DNA of 64,000 nucleotides from an uncultured Acidobacteriota bacterium (GTDB lineage Bacteria; Acidobacteriota; Thermoanaerobaculia; Multivoradales; UBA5704): NCBI GenBank assembly GCA_963770895.1, contig CAVYRF010000002.1, positions 372,354 to 436,353 of the forward strand, read 5' to 3'. Shown piece by piece: positions 55,450 to 64,000 of this stretch (position 1 is its first letter; each line of letters starts with the position of its first letter). The notes under the pieces were generated by a model. It saw only the letters and a program-made list of their open reading frames with translations, ran no database searches and was not told where the DNA came from. The position numbers and the translations under genes were made by a program.

Positions 55450-56782
55450 GCCCGACCTGCTCCCAGAGGAAGTGCCAGCTGGGGGGCTCCAGCCCCTGGT
55501 CGCGCGTCATGCTCTGGGTGTGGCGCTCGTAGTCCTTGAGCAGCTCCGTGACCTTCGCTCGGCCGGCGGCCGTGCGCACGGCCTGGCGCGGGGTGAGGCC
55601 GCCCAGGGCGGGCACGGGCTCGTCCGCCCAGTGACGGTAGAGCTCTTCGTGGACCTCCTGGGAAAGCTGGATCGGCGGCGAAGCCGGTTGCGCGGGTCCC
55701 GCCGCCGCCCGCCGCTCCAGGGCCGCCAGCGGATCGGTCAGCTCTCGCATCCGGTGCACCAGCGCATGGCCGGCGACGCGCTGCAGCCAGGCGGCTCCCT
55801 GGTCCGCCCCCTGGCGGGTGGTGGCAAACGCTTCGAGGCGATCGGCCGTCTTGCCGAGATTGAGGGCGAGCCGCGAGCGCCGCAACGCCGGCCTGCCAGG
55901 GCCGCCCTGCTCGAACCACACCCAACCGTGCTCGCGATCGCCCTGGACGTCGGGCAGGAGGGCGAGGGCCGCCGCAAGCTGCTCCCAATCCGTGACGTCG
56001 TAATGGTCGGTGACCAGGAGCATCGGCTCGCCGGAACCGGCGTCGACCATCCTGGGCAGCTCCGCCGGCGGGTCGGTCAGCCGATGCAGCCATGCGGCGA
56101 TGACCGGCGCGCTCGGCCGGCCGCCGGCGCGCTCGACCTGGCGCACGGCCCGGCGAAGCGCCGGCAGCTTGTCGCGCTGGATCGAGTACACGGCGCCGCT
56201 CACCTGCAGTTCTTCGCCGACCGGGATGAGCCGCGCGCCGAGGATCTCCCAGCGGTCCAGGCTTTGCGACGCTGAGCGCTCGCGGACCCACAGCCGCGGC
56301 GACCTGGCGGCGAAGGCGTCCCGGACCCATAGCCCCTCACCGGGCACCACGTCCTGCACCTCGTAAACCCGCAGTGGATGAGCGGCCAGGGCCTCGATCC
56401 ATCGCCGCACCTCAGCCACGAACAGCGGCCCACCGGAACCCAGCACCAGGTCCACGATGCGCCGGGGCTCTCCGCGCGCCACCACCGTGCCCTCGGCAAG
56501 CAACCATTCGTTGAGATTGCTCTGGACCATGGCAAGCAGCTCCTCCGGCAGCTCCGCCAGGCGGCCCTTCCGCTCGTCGCTCTGATCGCCCTCGTCGATC
56601 GCGGCGAAAAATTCACCGACGGCACGCCCCAACGCCTTGCGGTGGCGCTGCCCGAGCCACTCGATCGCCACGGCGACCCCGTCGCCGCGCGATTGCGACC
56701 TGCGCTCTTCGTGCCGCAGGCAGCAGTGCTTGTACTTCTTGCCGCTGCCACAGGGGCAGGGTTCGTTGCGGCCGATCCTCAT
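55433..56782 (-). CDS. SEC-C metal-binding motif protein (N-terminal NEPCPCGSGKKYKHCC), 449 aa
   Basis: The N-terminal SEC-C zinc-finger-like motif is MRIGRNEPCPCGSGKKYKHCC. The remainder is helical and unassigned. Confidence 0.55.
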   Translation of the reverse strand: MRIGRNEPCPCGSGKKYKHCCLRHEERRSQSRGDGVAVAIEWLGQRHRKALGRAVGEFFAAIDEGDQSDERKGRLAELPEELLAMVQSNLNEWLLAEGTVVARGEPRRIVDLVLGSGGPLFVAEVRRWIEALAAHPLRVYEVQDVVPGEGLWVRDAFAARSPRLWVRERSASQSLDRWEILGARLIPVGEELQVSGAVYSIQRDKLPALRRAVRQVERAGGRPSAPVIAAWLHRLTDPPAELPRMVDAGSGEPMLLVTDHYDVTDWEQLAAALALLPDVQGDREHGWVWFEQGGPGRPALRRSRLALNLGKTADRLEAFATTRQGADQGAAWLQRVAGHALVHRMRELTDPLAALERRAAAGPAQPASPPIQLSQEVHEELYRHWADEPVPALGGLTPRQAVRTAAGRAKVTELLKDYERHTQSMTRDQGLEPPSWHFLWEQVGLRYPL

Positions 56783-56789
56783 GCGGGGG

Positions 56790-57137
56790 TTAGGAAGCCG
56801 AGGAGGCGGCCAGCGGCTCGACCTGGACCGCGGTGCCGTAGCACAGGACTTCGGTGACGCCGTTCATGACTTCGTTGGCGTCGTAGCGCATGCCGATGAT
56901 GGCGTTGGCGCCGTGGCGCTCGGCGTGCTGGACCATGAGGTCGTAGGCTTCGGCGCGCGTTTTTTCGCACAGCTCGATAAACAGGGTGATGTTGCCGCCG
57001 ACCAGGGTCTGCAGGGTGCCGCCCAGAGTGCCCAGGATGGAGCGCGAGCGGACCGTGATGCCGCGGACGATGCCGATGGTGTGGACGGTTTTGTAGCCGT
57101 CGATCTGCAGGCCGGTGGTGACCATGCCGTGGTTCAT
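56790..57137 (-). CDS. ybjQ: YbjQ (UPF0145) family protein, 115 aa
   Basis: MNHGMVTTGLQIDGYKTVHTIGIVRGITVRSRSILGTLGG...ANAIIGMRYDANEV is characteristic of the family. The tracker ORF 56790..57761 fuses it to the upstream frameshifted gene. Confidence 0.75.
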   Translation of the reverse strand: MNHGMVTTGLQIDGYKTVHTIGIVRGITVRSRSILGTLGGTLQTLVGGNITLFIELCEKTRAEAYDLMVQHAERHGANAIIGMRYDANEVMNGVTEVLCYGTAVQVEPLAASSAS

Positions 57138-57175
57138 TGTGTGCTCCTGTCCCCCGCGCACTGGCGCGGCGGCGG

Positions 57176-57761
57176 TCAGACTTCGTTCGAGTCGCAGCCG
57201 GCCTCGGGCCGCGGCAGGTGAGCCTCGCGAGCGCGCGCCTGGTGCTCGACGCGATAGGCGTCCCGCTTGGGGCCGCCGTGGCTCTCGTCGTCCGAGGCGA
57301 GGTTGAATTTGTGCAGGAAGCGGTGGATCACAGGCGCGAACAGCACCCCCGCGAGCACCAGAAAGCCGATCCCCGAAAACAGCGCGTACGCCGACGCGAA
57401 CAGCTTGCCGGCAACGGTATGCAGCTCGCCGACCGGTCCCATGCCGCCCAGGATCATCGACGCGTTGAGCAGCGAATCGAACGTAGGACATCCCTTCCAG
57501 CTGGCGGTAGCCGACCACCCCGACCAGCAGCGAGCCGGCGACAAAGGCCAGCGCGAACATCGTGTGCCGCAGCATCCGTCGCGCGAAAACTCGCCGCGAC
57601 GCAAGTTCGTCCCATTTGCGCTCGAACATGACCCGGTCATTGTATCCGGGTCCGCCAACCCCCAGGCGCCCCGTCGCAGCGGCACGACCCGGCACAGCGC
57701 CCCCGTCGCAGCGACACGACACAACACCCCTCACCGTCGTAGCGGCACCACCCGGCACCAC
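57176..57761 (-). pseudogene. ion-channel-like small membrane protein gene (two TM helices plus a pore-helix-like segment), disrupted by a 1-nt frameshift near 57480
   Basis: The N-terminal part MFERKWDELASRRVFARRMLRHTMFALAFVAGSLLVGVVGYRQLEGMSY is in one frame. The continuation FDSLLNASMILGGMGPVGELHTVAGKLFASAYALFSGIGFLVLAGVLF...stop at 57176 is in another. The junction lies at ...ATGTCCTACG|TTCGATTCG. The combined layout resembles the K-channel M1 / pore SYxDALYFSxVTxTTxGYGD / M2 arrangement, with a non-canonical filter. Confidence 0.45.
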
Positions 57762-57930
57762 GCACCCGTCGCAGCGGCACCACCCGGCACCGCGCGCTCG
57801 TCATTGCGGCACGACTCGACACCACGCGCTCGTCGCAGCGGCACGACCCGACACCACGCGCTCGTCGCAGCGGCACGACCCGACACCGCGCACCCATCGC
57901 AGCGACACCACTCGGCACCGCGCACCCCTG
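57660..57930. repeat. imperfect tandem repeat, 32-bp unit (CGTCGCAGCGGCACGACCCGACACCACGCGCT), ~8 copies
   Basis: Read directly from the sequence. For example, units start at 57799, 57831 and 57863. Confidence 0.8.
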
Positions 57931-58289
57931 CGACCCGCAAAGCCGGCGACCTGTCCCGCGACCGGGCCGTGCGCCCTTTTTTTGCCCACGACCGGTATTG
58001 CCCTCCACGGCGACCTTGCTTCGCGGAACCCGTCGAACCGCCATGCCATCCGCAGCGACCCTGCGCCGGCCCGCCACCTTCACCCGGCGGCCAGTCACCA
58101 CCGCCAGCCGCCACCGCTTGGAACTTCTGCCCGCAGCGGCACGTAATGGTCCTGGGGGCCGCCCGCGACCGTTCGCGGTGGCAAGCGGCCTGTCCTGGAG
58201 AATTCGAGCGGCTGGCGCCGCCATTCGGCGGCGCGGGTCAGGCGCGCCGACGCACGCATCGTCGAAACAATGGCGAGCGGGCGGCCAGA

Positions 58290-58790
58290 GCCACCGCCTG
58301 GCTTGGCACTCCCGGCAGGCCGGCAGGGCTGCCGCCTGGCCCGACACGTGCGACAGGTCGGCCGGGTCTGTCGCCGAGCCCGGCACTCCCTGCAGGGGAG
58401 CTGAGACTGCCCCTTGGCCCGGCAGGGGAGCAGGGGCTGCCGGCTGGCCCGGCACTCCCGGCAGGGAGGCAGGGGCCACCGCCTGGCCCGGCACGCCGGC
58501 AAGGAAATCGGGGCTGTCGCCTAGCCCGGCATTCCCGGCAGGGAAGCCGGGGCTGTCGCCGGTCACGGCACTCCCGGCAGGGAGGCAGGGGCCCACCGCC
58601 TGGCCCGGCACGCCCGGCAAGGAAATCGGGGCTGTCGCCTGGCCCAGCATTCCCGGCAGGGAAGCCGGGGTTGTCGCCTGGCCCGGCACTCCCGGCAGGG
58701 AAGTCGCGGCTGTCGCCGGTCCCGGCATTCCCGGCAGGGAGGCCGCGGCTGTCGCCGGTCCCGGCACGCCCGGCAGGGCGCAAGCCGCAC
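58290..58790. repeat. imperfect tandem repeat, 39-bp unit (GCCCGGCACTCCCGGCAGGGAGGCAGGGGCCACCGCCTG-like), ~12 copies
   Basis: Read directly from the sequence. The period of 39 bp equals 13 codons. The plus frame gives GLSPGPALPAGKP-type repeats with no stop and in frame with the downstream ABC ATPase. The minus frame gives SLPGVPGQATTPA-type repeats. Confidence 0.8.
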
Positions 58791-58820
58791 CCGCCGTCGG
58801 GGGCGAGCCAGGAGCTTTCG

Positions 58821-59816
58821 ATGCGAGCAGGACAGGCCACTGACGAGGAGCTGGGCATGCTGAGCATCCGCGAGTTGGTGAAGATCCATCCGGGGCCGGT
58901 CACGGCGCTGGCGGGCGTCGACCTGGACGTGGGCGGGGGGATGTTCGGCCTGCTGGGGCCCAACGGGGCGGGCAAGACGACGCTGATGCGCATCCTGGCC
59001 GGGCTGCTGCAGCCGACGTCGGGCCGCGTCACCCTGGATGGCCAGGACGTGGTCGCCGACCCCCGCCGCATGCGCGAACAGCTGGGTTACCTGCCGCAGG
59101 AGTTCGGCTTCTATCCCCACCTGAGCGGCGAAAAGATGCTGCTCTACCTGCTGCGCCTGAAAGGGGTCGAGGCGCCCGGCGGTCTGCCGCGCCTGGCCGG
59201 CGAGCTCCTCGAGCGGGTCAACCTGACGGCCGCCGCCAAACGCAAGGTCAAGACCTATTCGGGCGGCATGCGGCAGCGGCTGGGCATCGCCCAGGCGATC
59301 GCCGGCGATCCGCACGTGGTGATCGTCGACGAACCCACCGCCGGCCTCGACCCCGAAGAGCGCATGCGCTTCTACCGGCTGCTCACCGAGCTGGCCGCCG
59401 ACCGCATCGTGCTGCTTTCGACCCACATCGTCGAGGACGTGGCGGTGCTCTGCCCGCGCTTCGCCATCCTCCGCCGCGGCCGGGTGGTCGCCGAGACGAC
59501 GCCCAGCGCCGCCCGCGCCGCGATCGAAGGCAGCATCTTCGAGGGCACCGTGGCAAGCAGCGACCTGGCGGCCCTGCACCGCCAGCACCACGTCATCCAG
59601 GCCGTGCTGGTCGAAGGCGAAAATCGCGTGCGCATCCACGTCCCGCCCGGCGCCGGCCGGGAGCTGCCGGCAACGGCGGGCCGGGAAACCACCGCGGCCG
59701 GCCAGCCGGGAGCGCCACAACGGCCGCCAGCCCCCACCGCGGACCTAGCGGGCTTCCGGCCCGCGCCGGCGACGCTGGAGGACGCCTACCTGCTGCAGAT
59801 GGGCGCCGCGCAATGA
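58821..59816 (+). CDS. ABC transporter ATP-binding protein (ABC-2 type)
   Basis: Walker A is GPNGAGKTTLMR. The signature motif is YSGGMRQRLGIAQA. Walker B is VVIVDEPTAGLD. An RBS AGGAG lies 6 nt before ATG 58821. The tracker ORF 57267..59816 is 5'-extended through the repeat tracts. Confidence 0.85.
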   Translation: MRAGQATDEELGMLSIRELVKIHPGPVTALAGVDLDVGGGMFGLLGPNGAGKTTLMRILAGLLQPTSGRVTLDGQDVVADPRRMREQLGYLPQEFGFYPHLSGEKMLLYLLRLKGVEAPGGLPRLAGELLERVNLTAAAKRKVKTYSGGMRQRLGIAQAIAGDPHVVIVDEPTAGLDPEERMRFYRLLTELAADRIVLLSTHIVEDVAVLCPRFAILRRGRVVAETTPSAARAAIEGSIFEGTVASSDLAALHRQHHVIQAVLVEGENRVRIHVPPGAGRELPATAGRETTAAGQPGAPQRPPAPTADLAGFRPAPATLEDAYLLQMGAAQ

Positions 59817-62800
59817 ACGGCGCAACGGACCTCGGAAGCCGTTCCGCGCCGCCGGGCGCGGAGGCGGCCCCCGCTCAGCCACCAGCGCCCGGCGAGCACG
59901 GCGGCCGCCATCGACGGCCTGCGGCAGCCGGCGACAGGAGCGACAGCGGCGGCGGCGGCCTTCGCCGCTTTCGGCTGGTCGCCGGCCTGGAGCTGGCGGA
60001 GGCAGCGCGGCGGCCGATGTTCTGGCTGTGGGCGGCGCTGATGGCGGGCAACGCGTGGCTGATGTCGCGCGGCATCTGGATCTACCGCTCGGTCGATACC
60101 TCGCTCGGCAGCCCCCGCGCCTGGGCCGATTCGGAGTTCCAGGTGGCGTTCGTGCTGCCGCTGCTGTCGTTCCTCATGGTTTCGTTCTTCGTCGCGGTGG
60201 CGGCGGGGTTGCCGGTCCTGCGCGACAACGAGCGCAAGGTGGGGGCGTTGCTGGCGGCGACGCCGCTGTCGGCCGGCGAATACATCTGGGGCAAGTTCGC
60301 CGGCGTCCTGGGCGCCTGCCTGGCGGCGGTCGCGACACTGCTGGGCTTCCTGCTGCTGTTCATGTACGCGCTGCCCGACGCCGCGACGCCCGAGATCTAC
60401 GGCCCCTTCACCCTGGCGGCCACCCTGCGGCCGCTCGTGTTGCTGATGCTGCCGGGGCTGATCTTCCTGGCCGGCGCCGCCTTCCTGCTGGGCCAGGCGA
60501 CCGGCAAACCGATCGTCGTGTTCCTGCTGCCGGTCGCGCTGGTGCCGTTTCTGCAGAGCTTCGTGTGGGCCTGGTTCCCGGCCGATCTCAGCCCCGCGGC
60601 CGCGGCGGCGCTGCGCTACCTCGATCCTTCGGGCTTCCGCTGGCTGAAGGAGACCTGGCTGCGGGTCGATCGCGGCATCGCCTTTTACAACACCCATCCG
60701 ATCGCCTACGACCTGCCCTTTGTCGCCAGCCGCATCGCCTTCGTCGCCGCCGGTCTGCTCCTGGTCGACGTCGCGCGCCGCCACTTCAGCCGCCAGGGCG
60801 CGGACCGCGCCCGCCGCAGGGGGCCGCTGGCACGCGGCTCTTCGCTGGCGCACGGCGCCCCGCCGGCGGTGCTGGCGACGCTGGTGGAGGTGCCAATGCC
60901 GCTGCTGGCGCCGGCGCGCGATCTATCCGGCGCGGTCGACGCCACGCTGGCCGGCCTGGCGATGCGCAGCCGGCCCACCGGCGTGCTGCGCGGCATCGCC
61001 GCGGTGGCGCGCTTCGAGCTGGCGGAGCTGGTCGCCCAGCCGGGGCTGTACATCTTCCTGCCCGCGGTGCTGCTGTTTCTGGGCATCGACTTCGCGAGCA
61101 CCCACCCGCCGATCGACACCCGCACCCTGCTGACCCCCGGCACCGCCGCGGTCGGCGCCCTCGCCGTGCTGGCGCCCTGGATCTGCCTCCTGCTGCTCTT
61201 CTCCACCGTCGAGTCGCTGCAACGCGAGCGCAGCACGCGGCTGGCGCCGATCCTGTACGCGACGCCGGTGCCGACGGCGGCGATCCTTGCCGGCAAGGCG
61301 CTGGCCGAGGGCGCCATGGTGGCGGCCTGCCTGGCGGCGAGCTTCCTGCTGTGCGCCTGGATCATGCTGGCGCAGGGGCAGGTGCACATCCAGCTGTGGC
61401 CGTTCGTGCTGGTGTGGGGGCTGCTGCTCACGCCCACCCTGCTGGCCTTCACCGCCTTCGTCATCGCCGTCTTCGCCGTCACCGACAGCCGCTATCTAAC
61501 CTACGGCATCGGCCTTACCGTGCTGATCGCCACCTTTGCCGCCTACCTGTACGGCCACCTCAACTGGGTGTGCAACTGGCTCCTGATCGACGCCTTGCGC
61601 TGGAGCGACATGGGGACGTTCGAGCTGGACCGCCGCGCCCTGTGGCTGAACCGCCTCGAGGTCCTGGCCCTGGTGCCCCCGCTCGCCCTGGCGGCGGAAC
61701 GGTGGTTTCGCCGCCGCGAAGCCGACCGCCTTGCCGGCAGCGGCGCCCCGCCGGCGGCTGCGGACACGCCGCCCGCGGCCGTCGCCCCATCCGCCCCCGG
61801 CGATGGCAGCGCCCAGCCGGCGCTCCGCTCCCAACCCCGGTCCCGGACCCGGCCCGGCATCCGGCCCAGCCGTCCCCTGCCGCTGCTCGCCGCGGCCACG
61901 GTGCCCGCGGTCGCGCTCGGCCTGGCCCTGCTGGTCGCGGTCGAGCAGGGTTTCGACGGCGGCATCGCCCGCCGCCGCCACAAGGACTACTGGCGCCAGA
62001 ACGTGGCGACGTGGATGGACGCACCGCTGCCCTACGTCACCCACGTCGACCTGGACCTGGAGATGGAGCCGGCGCGGCGCTGGTTCCGCGTGCGCGGCGC
62101 CTACGACCTCACCAACCGCAAGGCGGCGCCCATCCCCTGGTTTCCGGTGACCGGCGGCATCGCCTGGAAACACCTGTCGTGGACCCTGGACGGGCGACCC
62201 TATCAACCGTACCAGCGCGACCCGGCCGACCCGACCGGCATGTTCGAGGTGCGCCAGCCGATCGCCCCAGGGGCGACGCGGCGCCTGGGCTTCCAGTACG
62301 AAGCGACCTTCCTGCCTGGCGTCTCCCGCGCCGGCGGCGCGCTGCCGCTGGGCGAGTTCATGCTGCCTTCGGGGGTGCTGGTCACCGGCCGCAACCCCGA
62401 CTTCGTGCCGATCCTCGGTTTCAAGAAGGACGTCGGCATCGACGACGACAACCGTTTCGAACCGCGCCGCTACCCGCCCGACTTCTGGCGCTCCGACCTG
62501 GATGCGTCGCTCGACCGCTCCGCCTTCACCAGCCGCCTGCGCATCACCGCGCCGGCGGAATACACCGTCAACTCGACCGGCATCCTGACCGGCCAGACCC
62601 TGCACGACGGCCGCCGCACCTGGCAGTGGGACAGCGACTATCCGCTGCGCGTATTCAACGTCGCCGCGGGCCGCTGGGCGGTGGCGCGCGGCCAGGGCAC
62701 GGCGGTGTACTACCATCCCGGCCACCCCTGGAACGTCCCCAGCCTGCTCGAAGCCCTGGACGGCGCGCGCCGCTACTATGCCGCCTGGTTCGGGCCCTAT

Positions 62801-63715
62801 CCGTGGCGCGACCTGCGGCTCAACGAGTTCCCCGCCGTCGCCGACTACGCCCGCGGCAACGCCACCAACATTTTCTTTTCGGAGTCGGTGGGCTTCACCG
62901 AGGTGCCCGGCACCTTCCCCGACGCGGCCTTCGAGATCGCCGCCCACGAAGCCGCCCACCAGTGGTGGGGCCACATCATGTCCCCCGGCGAAGGTCCGGG
63001 CGGCATCATCCTCGCCGAGGGCGCCGCCAACTTCAGCACCATGATGCTGCTCGAACAGGTGCGCGGCACCGCCGCGCGCATCGCCTTCGCCACCCGCTCC
63101 GAAGCCGTCTACGGCGAGTCGCGCGCCCCCTCGACCGAGCTGCCGCTGGCCCAGACCACGCCCTTCCGCCCCGCCGACGACACCGTCATCTACGACCGCG
63201 GCGGCTGGGCCCTGTGGATGCTCCTCCAGCACATGGGCCGCGACCGCTTCCTGGCCGGCGCCCGCCAGTTCATCGCCTATTACCACGCCGCCCCCGGCCA
63301 CCCGGTGATCCAGCACTTCCTTGCCACCATGCGCCCCTACGCCGCCAACCCCCAGGCCTTCGACGACCTCACCGGCCAGCTGTTCTTCCAAGTCGTGGTG
63401 CCGGAATACCGCATCGTCGAAGTCCACAAGCAGCGCCTCCCCGGCGCCGCCGCCTGGCAGGTCGTGGCCCGCATCGCCAACGCCGGCAACGCCCGCTTCG
63501 CGGTCGCCGTCGCCGCCGCCAACCAGCCCGACCGCTTCTCCGACAAGGGGCAGCCGGTGCCCACCTATCGCGACGCCCGCGCCACCCTCACCCTCGCCCC
63601 CGGCGAGGAGCGCGAAGTCCGCATCCTCTGCCCCTTCGACCCCCACCGCCTGGTCGTCGATCCCGACGCCAACGTCCTGCAGCTGCAGCGCAAAGCCGCC
63701 TCCGCCCGCCTCTGA
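59813..63715 (+). CDS. fusion protein: ABC-2 family permease domain (N-terminal ~600 aa, multiple TM helices) plus an M1-family aminopeptidase-N-like domain (HEAAHQWWG...E)
   Basis: ATG 59813 overlaps the ATPase stop in ATGA. The hydrophobic N-terminal half is followed by a soluble domain with the gluzincin motif AAHEAAHQWWGHIMSP and a downstream Glu (ILAEGAANF). Confidence 0.7.
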   Translation: MNGATDLGSRSAPPGAEAAPAQPPAPGEHGGRHRRPAAAGDRSDSGGGGLRRFRLVAGLELAEAARRPMFWLWAALMAGNAWLMSRGIWIYRSVDTSLGSPRAWADSEFQVAFVLPLLSFLMVSFFVAVAAGLPVLRDNERKVGALLAATPLSAGEYIWGKFAGVLGACLAAVATLLGFLLLFMYALPDAATPEIYGPFTLAATLRPLVLLMLPGLIFLAGAAFLLGQATGKPIVVFLLPVALVPFLQSFVWAWFPADLSPAAAAALRYLDPSGFRWLKETWLRVDRGIAFYNTHPIAYDLPFVASRIAFVAAGLLLVDVARRHFSRQGADRARRRGPLARGSSLAHGAPPAVLATLVEVPMPLLAPARDLSGAVDATLAGLAMRSRPTGVLRGIAAVARFELAELVAQPGLYIFLPAVLLFLGIDFASTHPPIDTRTLLTPGTAAVGALAVLAPWICLLLLFSTVESLQRERSTRLAPILYATPVPTAAILAGKALAEGAMVAACLAASFLLCAWIMLAQGQVHIQLWPFVLVWGLLLTPTLLAFTAFVIAVFAVTDSRYLTYGIGLTVLIATFAAYLYGHLNWVCNWLLIDALRWSDMGTFELDRRALWLNRLEVLALVPPLALAAERWFRRREADRLAGSGAPPAAADTPPAAVAPSAPGDGSAQPALRSQPRSRTRPGIRPSRPLPLLAAATVPAVALGLALLVAVEQGFDGGIARRRHKDYWRQNVATWMDAPLPYVTHVDLDLEMEPARRWFRVRGAYDLTNRKAAPIPWFPVTGGIAWKHLSWTLDGRPYQPYQRDPADPTGMFEVRQPIAPGATRRLGFQYEATFLPGVSRAGGALPLGEFMLPSGVLVTGRNPDFVPILGFKKDVGIDDDNRFEPRRYPPDFWRSDLDASLDRSAFTSRLRITAPAEYTVNSTGILTGQTLHDGRRTWQWDSDYPLRVFNVAAGRWAVARGQGTAVYYHPGHPWNVPSLLEALDGARRYYAAWFGPYPWRDLRLNEFPAVADYARGNATNIFFSESVGFTEVPGTFPDAAFEIAAHEAAHQWWGHIMSPGEGPGGIILAEGAANFSTMMLLEQVRGTAARIAFATRSEAVYGESRAPSTELPLAQTTPFRPADDTVIYDRGGWALWMLLQHMGRDRFLAGARQFIAYYHAAPGHPVIQHFLATMRPYAANPQAFDDLTGQLFFQVVVPEYRIVEVHKQRLPGAAAWQVVARIANAGNARFAVAVAAANQPDRFSDKGQPVPTYRDARATLTLAPGEEREVRILCPFDPHRLVVDPDANVLQLQRKAASARL

Positions 63716-63804
63716 CCCCCATCCCCGCGACACGCCGGGGCTTGACAGAGCAGCGCGCTCCGCGAATAATCCAAGCATGATCTTTGAAAACAGGAATCGG
63801 ACCG

Positions 63805-64000
63805 ATGAATAGGAAAAGAGGCGAGGGAGGGCGCGGCAAGGACCTGCCGGCCGGCGCGGCGCTCGCCCAGGCCGGCGATCCCGCCGACGCCGTACCCGGC
63901 GTCGCGGCAGAAGACGGGGCGCAGCGCGCCACCGGCGACCGGCTGCTGCTGCTGCTCAAGACGCGCGGGCCGCTCCTGGCGGCGGACCTGGCGGCGATCG
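63805..64000 (+). CDS. 5' fragment of a gene continuing beyond the window, possibly an HTH transcriptional regulator
   Basis: MNRKRGEGGRGKDLPAGAALAQAGD...DRLLLLLKTRGPLLAADLAAI resembles a winged-helix N-terminus. The gene is truncated by the window end. Confidence 0.3.
   Translation, partial: MNRKRGEGGRGKDLPAGAALAQAGDPADAVPGVAAEDGAQRATGDRLLLLLKTRGPLLAADLAAI

Noticed and set aside
57267-58820. Long N-terminal extension of the ABC ATPase ORF through the repeat tracts, and the collagen-like minus ORF 57637..58767
   Set aside because: The RBS plus ATG at 58821 gives a normal-length ATPase. The repeat peptides are not G-X-Y collagen, and the 32-bp tract is not codon-periodic. Kept as a finding rather than a CDS.
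60028-63780. 1250-aa plus ORF in an alternative frame, and the 61496..63778 and 59786..60853 minus ORFs
   Set aside because: The frame carrying TM segments and the M1 HExxH motif (59813..63715) is the credible one. The others are Arg/Pro-rich artefacts.

Overview
The window has about 70 % GC. Its centre is a complete type I-C CRISPR-Cas locus on the minus strand: cas3-cas5-cas8c-cas7-cas4-cas1-cas2 at 29293..37159. Two large CRISPR arrays flank the cas operon, with about 66 repeats at 24617..29099 and about 87 repeats at 37381..43210. The two arrays carry slightly different 32-bp repeat variants. Each array has a leader of about 200 bp on its high-coordinate side, and the two leaders are clearly homologous, so both arrays are transcribed on the minus strand.

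Immediately trailer-side of array 1 lies a minus-strand gene string that looks like an operon. It encodes a minimal nucleotidyltransferase (MNT), a HEPN-like partner protein, a 637-aa protein with no recognisable domains, and a solo AbrB/MazE-like small protein. This string is the best candidate for an undescribed defence module.

The rest of the window contains:
- pdxH, a PEBP/YbhB protein, and an imuA-imuB mutagenesis pair with no adjacent dnaE2.
- Two tandem paralogous secreted proteins of unknown family.
- A zinc alcohol dehydrogenase (ADH) and typA/bipA.
- A lipid-related cluster: an esterase, three AcvB/VirJ units (one stand-alone and one fused double unit of 1102 aa) and an ICMT/PEMT-like methyltransferase.
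- An M20 peptidase.
- cphB-cphA (cyanophycinase and cyanophycin synthetase), plus a divergently transcribed CphA paralog that keeps the N and Mur-ligase domains but lacks the ATP-grasp domain.
- A somewhat lower-GC stretch encoding a secreted metzincin protease with Ig-like repeats.
- A YfhO-like membrane protein, a SEC-C protein, ybjQ, and a frameshifted ion-channel-like gene.
- Two tandem-repeat tracts (32-bp and 39-bp units) upstream of an ABC ATPase, followed by an ABC-2 permease fused to an M1 aminopeptidase.

No rRNA or tRNA was recognised by eye. Many listed ORFs are antisense or in-array artefacts of the high GC content. All calls rest on reading translated motifs, and no database searches were run.
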